The position numbers and the translations under genes were made by a program. Below are positions 46,126-53,485 of a DNA stretch of 64,000 bases, in pieces. Source of the DNA: Myxococcales bacterium (lineage in GTDB: Bacteria > Myxococcota_A > UBA9160 > SZUA-336); assembly GCA_013215565.1 (NCBI GenBank), contig JABSQV010000127.1:2339-66338 (forward strand), in the 5' to 3' direction. How positions within the stretch are numbered: the first letter of the stretch is position 1; every line of letters begins with the position of its first letter. The notes under the pieces were generated by a model. That model was not told the origin of the DNA, did not search any database, and saw only the letters and a program-made list of their open reading frames with translations.

Positions 46126-46910
46126 CGCCGCTCTTTCAACCCCTGAAGCGGGTCGCCGTCCTCGCCCAGAACACGCTGCGCGAGGCCGTGCGCAACCGAC
46201 TGCTCTACAATCTTTTGTTCTTTGCGATCCTGATGATCGCGAGTTCAGTCGCGCTCGCCGAACTTCACCTCGGCGACCGCGACCGGATCTATCGCGACGT
46301 CGGCCTCTCGGCGATCGCGTTCTTCGGGGCATTGATCGCGATCTTCGTCGGGATCAACCTGGTGAACCGCGAGATCGCACAGAAGACCATCTACACGCTG
46401 CTCTCGAAGCCGCTCTACCGCTGGGAATTCCTGGCGGGCAAGTACGCGGGCCTGGTGGGACTTCTGGCATTTCAGGTCGTCGTGATGACGCTCTGCTTTC
46501 TCGGCGTGCTCTGGCTCCAAAACGCCGAGATCACAGCCGGGCTGTTTCAGGCGATCGGCCTGATCTACGCCGAACTGGCGCTTGTGACCGCGCTGGCACT
46601 GTTCTTCTCGAGCTTCACGGGCTCCTATCTCGCGGGCATGTTCACGCTGGCCTTCTGGATCGCGGGCCATCTGCTGGCCGACCTTCGAAGCTTCGGTGCG
46701 CACTCAGAGGTCGAGGGGCTCCGCGCGCTGACCGAGGCGCTCTACTGGACGCTCCCGAACCTCGACCGCCTCGACCTCAAGTCCGAGGCTGCGGCCGGGC
46801 TCACGCTGGATACGGGCCGGGTGATTGCCGCCGGCGCCTACGCGGCTTGTTACTCCCTGGGCCTGCTGCTGGCCGCCGCGTTCGTGTTCCGGCGCCGCGA
46901 CTTCCAGTAA
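46122..46910 (+). CDS. pilI: ABC-2-type transporter permease (PilI-like)
   Basis: 262 aa, ~6 transmembrane helices. ATGA overlap with the ATPase stop. Confidence 0.7.
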   Translation: MTPLFQPLKRVAVLAQNTLREAVRNRLLYNLLFFAILMIASSVALAELHLGDRDRIYRDVGLSAIAFFGALIAIFVGINLVNREIAQKTIYTLLSKPLYRWEFLAGKYAGLVGLLAFQVVVMTLCFLGVLWLQNAEITAGLFQAIGLIYAELALVTALALFFSSFTGSYLAGMFTLAFWIAGHLLADLRSFGAHSEVEGLRALTEALYWTLPNLDRLDLKSEAAAGLTLDTGRVIAAGAYAACYSLGLLLAAAFVFRRRDFQ

Positions 46911-46931
46911 CTGAGCGTTATTGTCCCCTGC

Positions 46932-47708
46932 ATGACGGAAATGCCCACGACGCTCCAGATCCCGCTCGTGTTCGCGCTCGGTGCAATCGTCGGGAGCTTC
47001 CTCAACGTCGTGGTCTGGCGGCTGCCCCGAAACGAGTCGGTCGTGCGGCCTGGTTCCCACTGCCCGTCCTGCGGCAACCCGATACCCCTGCGCTGGAACA
47101 TACCGCTGCTTTCGTGGCTGCTACTGCGCGGCCGCTGCCGCAACTGCGAGGCCGCGATCTCTGTGCGCTATCCGCTCGTGGAACTGGCCACGGCGCTGCT
47201 CTTCGTCGCGCTGCTCCTGCAGTTGGGGCCCGGGCTTCGCCTGCTGGCGGGCTGGATGGTCGGCTCGATTCTGATCGCGGCCGCCTACATCGACGGCCAG
47301 CACAAGATCATTCCGAACGAACTGACACTTCCGGCGATCCCGGTGGGGCTGGCGCTTGCGTGGTTCGCTCCGCCGCCGGGCCTGCTCGAAGCCGCGGCCG
47401 GGGCGCTGCTCGTCGGCGGTCTGCTCTGGGGCATCGCGACGGGGTACGAGCGGCTCACGGGCCGGATCGGGCTGGGCATGGGAGACGTGAAGCTGATGAT
47501 CATGCTCGGGTGCTTTCTGGGGCTCGAGCCAACGCTGGCCGTGCTCGTGATGGGTTCGCTGCTCGGCATCGCGCAGGCCGGGCTGGTGGTCGCCTTTCGG
47601 GGCGGAGGTCGTCTCACTACGATTCCTTTCGGTCCCGCCCTCTCGGCGGCCGGGCTGTTCCATCTGGTCGCGCCGTCTACGGTCGCGCAGCTCTTCCAGT
47701 GGTTCTGA
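46932..47708 (+). CDS. pilD: prepilin peptidase / N-methyltransferase (A24 family)
   Basis: N-terminal tetracysteine CPSCGNPI...CRNC and catalytic Asp residues in transmembrane segments (GMGDVKLM). Confidence 0.9.
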   Translation: MTEMPTTLQIPLVFALGAIVGSFLNVVVWRLPRNESVVRPGSHCPSCGNPIPLRWNIPLLSWLLLRGRCRNCEAAISVRYPLVELATALLFVALLLQLGPGLRLLAGWMVGSILIAAAYIDGQHKIIPNELTLPAIPVGLALAWFAPPPGLLEAAAGALLVGGLLWGIATGYERLTGRIGLGMGDVKLMIMLGCFLGLEPTLAVLVMGSLLGIAQAGLVVAFRGGGRLTTIPFGPALSAAGLFHLVAPSTVAQLFQWF

Positions 47709-47709
47709 G

Positions 47710-47740
47710 CGGGCGGCCGGTCGGAAGTCCCGGCCGCCCG
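47710..47740 (+). terminator. GC-rich perfect hairpin immediately after the pilD stop (terminator-like, no U-tract)
   Basis: CGGGCGGCCGG-tcggaagtc-CCGGCCGCCCG, an 11-bp perfect stem. Confidence 0.45.
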
Positions 47741-47874
47741 GTTGGCAACAGCACCGATCAGGCGGCCCTGCAGCGCGAGCCGTTTCGGGCGCATCTGCTT
47801 TAGCCGGATCCTGGCTTCGGCCGATAGGGATCTCGAAAGCGATCGCGGCCTCGAGGAGGCCCGGGCGAGGGGCG

Positions 47875-49290
47875 ATGCCGGACCGGCACATTCTGCTGAT
47901 TGACGCTGACGCGGGCGCGCGCTCCAGGCTCGCGCGCGTACTTCGGGACGAGGGCTTTGCGGTCCGGACCGCGGCCAACGCCGTTGAGTCTACCGTCCTC
48001 GTAGAACGGGAAGACTTCGACTACATCCTGTGCGACGTGCGCATGCCGGGCCGGAGTGGGCTCGAACTGCTGCCCGATCTCATCGCTGAACAGCCACGCG
48101 CCAGGATTGTGATGATGTCGGCCAGCGCTGCGATCGAGGAGACTCTGGATGCGGTCCGACTCGGTGCCTACGACTATCTCAAAAAGCCCTTCCAGCCCCA
48201 GGAACTGCTGCGCCTGATCCACAAGGCCGAAGAGCGCGAGCGCCTGCGGAGTGAGAATCAGCGGCTGCGGGTCGCACTGCGCGAGGAGGGCAGGGGCCAG
48301 GGACTCGTGACCAGCTCCGCATGCATGAAGCGCGTGCTCGAACTGATCGACCGGGCTGCGCGCTTCAAGACCACGGTGCTGATCACGGGTGAGAGCGGGG
48401 TGGGGAAGGAAGTCGTCGCCCGTACGATTCACGAGTGGAGCGACCGCTCCAGCATGCCCTTCATCGCCATCAACTGTCGGGCGATTCCCGAAGCGCTGCT
48501 GGAGACGGAACTCTTCGGACACGCGCGCGGCGCCTTCGGCGGAGCCGACTTCGCACGCCGCGGGCTGTTCCGGGAAGCGGAGGGCGGTACGCTCTTCGTT
48601 GACGAAATCGGTAAACTCCCGCCTCCGATTCAGGTGAAGCTGCTGCGGGCACTTCAGGACGAGGAAGTACACCCGGTCGGAGAAGCTCCGCCGGTCCCGG
48701 TGGACGTCCGCATCCTGGCCGCGACCGCGCGAGATCTGGAGACCGAGATCCGGGCCGGCCGCTTTCGTCAGGATCTCTACACCCGGCTCGACGTGCTCCG
48801 CATCGACATCCCGCCACTGCGCGAACGACCGGAAGATTTGCCGGAACTCGCAGACCATCTTCTGCGCCGCCTGTCCCGGCGCCTTGGAAAGACGCTCCGC
48901 AGCCTCGACGCGAAGGCGCTCGAATCCCTGTCCGGCTACGCCTGGCCCGGCAACGCACGGGAGTTGGAGAATCTACTCGAGCGGGCCGCAATTCTCTCCG
49001 CGGGAGACCGCCTGGTGCTCGACGGGCTGCTGCCCGAAGCGGCGGAGGAGCTTCCCGAGTTTTCCAGCGGCGCCGGAGCGGCGGGCGCGTCTCGAAATGA
49101 AGCGGAACTCTCGATCAAGCGGGCCGTCCGGCGGCTCGAGCAGGACCTGATTCGACGCGCCCTCGAGGCGAGCGGCGGCAACCGCAGCCGGGCCGCCGGC
49201 ATGCTCGAAATCAGTCCCCGGACCCTCCGCTACAAGTTGCGGGAATACGACATCGTTTCCCCGGGTCCCCTCAACGAACTGCCGAGCTAG
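47875..49290 (+). CDS. orphan sigma-54-dependent response regulator (PilR2-like position)
   Basis: Receiver + AAA+ (GESGVGKE, ETELFGHARGAF) + HTH. No adjacent histidine kinase. Confidence 0.9.
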   Translation: MPDRHILLIDADAGARSRLARVLRDEGFAVRTAANAVESTVLVEREDFDYILCDVRMPGRSGLELLPDLIAEQPRARIVMMSASAAIEETLDAVRLGAYDYLKKPFQPQELLRLIHKAEERERLRSENQRLRVALREEGRGQGLVTSSACMKRVLELIDRAARFKTTVLITGESGVGKEVVARTIHEWSDRSSMPFIAINCRAIPEALLETELFGHARGAFGGADFARRGLFREAEGGTLFVDEIGKLPPPIQVKLLRALQDEEVHPVGEAPPVPVDVRILAATARDLETEIRAGRFRQDLYTRLDVLRIDIPPLRERPEDLPELADHLLRRLSRRLGKTLRSLDAKALESLSGYAWPGNARELENLLERAAILSAGDRLVLDGLLPEAAEELPEFSSGAGAAGASRNEAELSIKRAVRRLEQDLIRRALEASGGNRSRAAGMLEISPRTLRYKLREYDIVSPGPLNELPS

Positions 49291-49351
49291 TCCGATAGCG
49301 GAGAGGCGGGGGTGGGGCGCGTGCCCGCGGCCTCCGCACGGAGGACTCTGC

Positions 49352-50311
49352 ATGCGTCAGCTGCCGCTCTATCTATTTCTTGGCGCGATTCTAGCCTGCG
49401 GCGGCGACGGATCCCGGTCCGGGAACTCCGGCGAGCCGCGTCTCGACACAGCGCCGGCCGCCTCGACCCCGCTCGAGATCCTCTCGCTCAGAATCGTTCC
49501 CGAATCTCCAACCCGGACCGACGCGCTTGCGGTGGAGTTACGCGTGCAAAACGCGGGGCGTACGTCCATCCAGGTGCAATACGCCTGGCATCACAACGCC
49601 CAGCTGGTGCAGCAGGGGGCGGAGACCCGGCTGGCGCCGCAGGAACTGAAGCGTGGAGACGAGATCCAGGTCACGGCCAACATCTGGGATGGTGCCTCGC
49701 GGCTGAGCTTCCGGAGCGCGCCGGTTCAGATTCGGAACAGCCCGCCGCGGCTGGATCGCCTGGCGCTCGATCCTCTCCCGCCGACCTCCGGCAGCGAGCT
49801 TCGGGCGGTCCCCTACGCTCGGGATCCGGACGGTGACCCGGTCGAGTTCCGCTATCGCTGGCTGCGCAATGGCCGGGAAATCGCGGGCGCCACCGAAGCA
49901 CGCCTGCCCGCCGGGCGACTACGCAGGGGAGACCGGGTGCGGGTCTCGGCTTCCGCGATGGACGCGAGCGCGGAATCCGCCTGGGTCGACTCCGCCGATG
50001 AGACGGTTTCGAACAGCGCGCCCGCGATCCGCTCCAGCCCCGCCTACGCTCCCACCACGTCCAACCGTTACGAGTATCAGGTGGTGGCGGCCGATCCCGA
50101 CGGCGACCGCCCGCTCCGCTACGAGCTTGTCGAGGGTCCCACGGGCATGCAACTCGGCGCCTACTCCGGGCTCGTCCGCTGGGAAATTCCGCGCAGCGTA
50201 TCGGGAGAGGTTCCGGTCGAAGTGGCCGTAATCGACCCCCAGGGCGCCGAGGTGCACCAGCGCTTCGCGCTGCGGATCGGCTGGGACACGCCCCCCGCAA
50301 ATCGCGACTGA
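49352..50311 (+). CDS. lipoprotein with internal tandem repeats, hypothetical
   Basis: Signal peptide and lipobox MRQLPLYLFLGAILAC. Two ~40-aa repeats (YAWHHNAQLVQQGAETRLAPQELKRGDEIQV / YRWLRNGREIAGATEARLPAGRLRRGDRVRV) and a DPDGD-containing C-terminal domain. Confidence 0.6.
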   Translation: MRQLPLYLFLGAILACGGDGSRSGNSGEPRLDTAPAASTPLEILSLRIVPESPTRTDALAVELRVQNAGRTSIQVQYAWHHNAQLVQQGAETRLAPQELKRGDEIQVTANIWDGASRLSFRSAPVQIRNSPPRLDRLALDPLPPTSGSELRAVPYARDPDGDPVEFRYRWLRNGREIAGATEARLPAGRLRRGDRVRVSASAMDASAESAWVDSADETVSNSAPAIRSSPAYAPTTSNRYEYQVVAADPDGDRPLRYELVEGPTGMQLGAYSGLVRWEIPRSVSGEVPVEVAVIDPQGAEVHQRFALRIGWDTPPANRD

Positions 50312-50452
50312 GTGTGCGAGCTCCGCGCCTTTCTCTGAGCCTTAGCTTCGCTTCAGAGCCCCTCAAGTCTGCTCCAGAGGGGGCCGATCTAGGCTCCGAG
50401 CACCTGTTCTTTTCAGAACGAATGCGGAAGCGAACGCTCCAAGGAGAAATCG

Positions 50453-50701
50453 ATGGCACAGAATAACGTCAAAAACCTTCGTGAATCTCTCATGATGAGC
50501 AAGGCCGAACTGGCCCGTAAGTCTGGTCTCTCGAGCCTCACGATCGATCGCGTCGAGTCGGGTGGAACCTGCCGCCTCGACACCAAGCGAAAAATCCTGA
50601 ATGCGCTCGGATTCAAGGTCTCCGATCGGGGCAAGGTCTTTTCTGAGGGTGAAGGGATGTCCGTTCACCACGAGATCCAAGACGCCCACCGGGGAGGCTG
50701 A
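50453..50701 (+). CDS. small XRE-family HTH DNA-binding protein immediately upstream of pilM
   Basis: 82 aa; HTH MSKAELARKSGLSSLTIDRVESG. GGAG ribosome-binding site. Confidence 0.6.
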   Translation: MAQNNVKNLRESLMMSKAELARKSGLSSLTIDRVESGGTCRLDTKRKILNALGFKVSDRGKVFSEGEGMSVHHEIQDAHRGG

Positions 50702-50706
50702 CAGGC

Positions 50707-51774
50707 ATGCGGCTCTTCAAGTCCCGCCGCGCTCTGGGCCTCGACATCGGCTCGAGCAGCGTGAAGTTGGTCGAACTCGAAGCCAGCGGGCAGGGCTATC
50801 GCCTGACTCGCTTCGGTTTCTCGCCGCTTCCACCCGAGGCGATCGTCCAGGGCGCCTTCATGAATACAGCCGCCATCTCGACTGCGATCCGAGAGGCCTG
50901 CGATCGCTCCCGACTTCAGGCCCGCAATGTTGCGACTTCGGTTTCGGGTCATTCCGTAATCGTCAAGAAGCTCACGCTGCCCGCACAGAGTCCAGAGGAA
51001 CTCGAGGCAACGATCCACTGGGAGGCCGAGCAGCACATTCCTTTCGACATCAACGAGGTCAACGTCGACTATCAGGTCATTCAAGAGTCGGCGACCGATG
51101 GCCAGATGGACCTGATTCTCGTCGCGGCCAAGAAAGAACTGATCGATGGCTACCAGGGCGTGATCTGCGACGCCGGGCTCAATCTCTCCGTGCTCGACGT
51201 GGACGCCTTCGCCATCGGGAACATGTACGAGCACAACTATCAGCCGTCTTCGGAGTCCACCGTGGCTCTGATCAACATCGGCGCTTCCGTGGTGAACATC
51301 AGCGTGATGAATGGCGCGGTGCCCGTATTTACGCGCGATTTGACGACGGGGGGCAACAGTTACACCGAATCGATTCAGAAGGATCTGAATCTGAGCTTCG
51401 AAGAGGCTGAGAGGATCAAGCTTGGCGACGCACCCGGCGACGATTCCAAGGGGATCGTTCCCAGGGAAGTCGAGGACTGCATGCGCGCGGTCTCGGAGAT
51501 CCTGCTCGGAGAGATCCTGCGCTCGATCGACTTTTATCGGGCGACCGCTTCGAATCGGCCCATCCAGAGGGCGCTCCTCTGCGGTGGCGCGTCGCGCTCG
51601 CCGGGCCTCGAGCGAATGCTCGAGGAACAGGCGGGATTTCCGGTCGGGATCGCGAACCCGTTCGAACGGATCGATGTTTCCGATGGCGCCGCCGATCGGG
51701 AAACGATCGTGAACATCGCACCCGCGCTCTCGGTAGCAGTTGGGCTCGCGATGAGGGGAGTTAACGAGTCGTGA
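50707..51774 (+). CDS. pilM: type IV pilus assembly protein PilM (actin-like ATPase)
   Basis: GLDIGSSSVKLVEL N-terminus and FtsA/PilM fold motifs. Confidence 0.9.
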   Translation: MRLFKSRRALGLDIGSSSVKLVELEASGQGYRLTRFGFSPLPPEAIVQGAFMNTAAISTAIREACDRSRLQARNVATSVSGHSVIVKKLTLPAQSPEELEATIHWEAEQHIPFDINEVNVDYQVIQESATDGQMDLILVAAKKELIDGYQGVICDAGLNLSVLDVDAFAIGNMYEHNYQPSSESTVALINIGASVVNISVMNGAVPVFTRDLTTGGNSYTESIQKDLNLSFEEAERIKLGDAPGDDSKGIVPREVEDCMRAVSEILLGEILRSIDFYRATASNRPIQRALLCGGASRSPGLERMLEEQAGFPVGIANPFERIDVSDGAADRETIVNIAPALSVAVGLAMRGVNES

Positions 51775-52358
51775 TCCGAATCAACCTCCTTCCAGTACGC
51801 GAGACTCGCCGGGCCGCGGTGCTTCGGCAGCAGGGACTGATGCTCACGAGCGCACTCGCGCTCGCTGTCGTGGTTTGCATCGGAATGCAGCTCTGGGTGA
51901 GCTCCGGGGTGTCAGGCGAACGTGAAAGGGTGGCTCAGTCTCAGGCCGAACGGGCGAGGCTGGCCGAAACCCTGAATCGGATCGACGTTTTCCAGGCAGA
52001 AGAGAAGGAAATTTCGCGCAAGCTCGAAGTGATCGAAACACTCGAGCGGTTGCGCGTCGGTCCGGTCCGCCTGATGGATGAGATCGCGGCACGGATTCCG
52101 GAGCGTCTCTGGCTCATCCGTATGAAGCTGACGCAGAGCGTTCTCAGGATCGACGGCATCAGTCTCGACAACGAGGCCATCGCCGCGTTCATGACCAGCC
52201 TCGAGGAATCTGAGTACCTGGGCGCGGTCGAACTCAAATCGACGCGGCTCAAGCTCGAGGATGACGTAAAGATCAACGCTTTTACGCTCGAGGCACAGCT
52301 ACAAACCAAGTCGGCCGGCCAGGCGCCCTCGGACGCCGGCGCGGACTCGCCGGCCTGA
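51771..52358 (+). CDS. pilN: type IV pilus assembly protein PilN
   Basis: MIRINLLP N-terminus, single transmembrane segment, coiled coil. Coupled to pilM. Confidence 0.8.
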   Translation: MIRINLLPVRETRRAAVLRQQGLMLTSALALAVVVCIGMQLWVSSGVSGERERVAQSQAERARLAETLNRIDVFQAEEKEISRKLEVIETLERLRVGPVRLMDEIAARIPERLWLIRMKLTQSVLRIDGISLDNEAIAAFMTSLEESEYLGAVELKSTRLKLEDDVKINAFTLEAQLQTKSAGQAPSDAGADSPA

Positions 52359-52371
52359 TCGGGGACTTACT

Positions 52372-52983
52372 ATGGCGCTCGCAGATCAACTGAACCTGAC
52401 TCCGGTGCTCGAACGCATGGAGACGCTCCCTGCGGCAGCGCGGATGACCGTCCTGGGCGCACTCTTTGCCTCGGTGGTCGCCATCTATTGGGTCAGCACC
52501 TACTCCGCCAGCCTGAGCGAACTCAACACGCTCCAACAGCAGTACGCGGGTCTCCAGAGCGAGATCGCGCAGAGCAAGGGTGTGATTGCAAATCTCGCCA
52601 CCTTCGAGCGCCGCCGGGACGAGGTGAGCTCGCGCTTGGAGATCGCATTGAGGAGGCTGCCCAACAGCCGCGAACTGCCGGTGCTGCTTACGAACATCAC
52701 GGGTCTCGGCAAGAACGCCGGGCTCGAGTTTCGTTCGTTCACGCCGCAGGCCGAGCGGATGAAAGAGTTTTACGCGGAGGTTCCGATCTCGGTCGAGATG
52801 TTCGGAAGCTATCACGATTTCGGGAGCTTTTTCGAGAAGCTCGCGCAGCATGAGCGGATCGTGAACATGACTGAACTCGAGTTGATGATCGAAACTCCGG
52901 GCCCCAACGAGGCCTTGCTCGAGATGCGGGGCGTCGCGACCACCTTCCGATTCGTAGAAAACGCCAAGACCGGGGGAGAATGA
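52372..52983 (+). CDS. pilO: type IV pilus assembly protein PilO
   Basis: 203 aa, N-terminal transmembrane segment plus coiled coil and a ferredoxin-like C-terminus. Position in the pilMNOPQ operon. Confidence 0.8.
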   Translation: MALADQLNLTPVLERMETLPAAARMTVLGALFASVVAIYWVSTYSASLSELNTLQQQYAGLQSEIAQSKGVIANLATFERRRDEVSSRLEIALRRLPNSRELPVLLTNITGLGKNAGLEFRSFTPQAERMKEFYAEVPISVEMFGSYHDFGSFFEKLAQHERIVNMTELELMIETPGPNEALLEMRGVATTFRFVENAKTGGE

Positions 52984-52984
52984 C

Positions 52985-53485
52985 GTGCGCAGCCTTTCAG
53001 GAGTTGTTCTCGCGCTTGCGCTCGCAGCCCTCCTCGGGTGTTCGGAGCAGGCGGCCGTGATCTCGGCGCCCGCGTTGCGCAAGCCGCCTCCGGCGGCCTC
53101 GCTCCCGGCCGCCGACGCAGAGGTCCCCTTTCACTACAGCGGCGGAGGAGGCCGGGATCCCTTCGCTTCCTACGTCCTCCGCATGCGTGACATCGAACGA
53201 CGCTCGAAGGAGGCCGATGCGACGCCACTCGAGCGCTTCGACCTCACTCAGCTCCAGCTGCAGGCCATCATTTGGGGAAGCGACAGAGCCCGGGCGTTGG
53301 TGCTGGACCCATCCGGGAAGGGATACGTGATCGGGGTCGGCAGTCCCATTGGAAAGAATGATGGCCGCGTGGTCAGGATCGCCGACAACGTGGTCCTGGT
53401 TAAGGAGACGTACGTCGACTTCCGCGGTCGCGCGACGACGAAAGACATTGAGATGCGCCTCAGCGGTGCGGCGCAGGGAGGTTGA
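52985..53485 (+). CDS. pilP: type IV pilus assembly lipoprotein PilP
   Basis: Lipobox LALAALLGC, 166 aa, located between pilO and pilQ. Confidence 0.75.
   Translation: MRSLSGVVLALALAALLGCSEQAAVISAPALRKPPPAASLPAADAEVPFHYSGGGGRDPFASYVLRMRDIERRSKEADATPLERFDLTQLQLQAIIWGSDRARALVLDPSGKGYVIGVGSPIGKNDGRVVRIADNVVLVKETYVDFRGRATTKDIEMRLSGAAQGG

Noticed and set aside
50312-50452. sigma-54 promoter upstream of the HTH-pilM unit
   Set aside because: No GG-N10-GC element with acceptable -24/-12 bases was found. Only a weak 6-bp inverted repeat was seen, and it is reported as a candidate operator.
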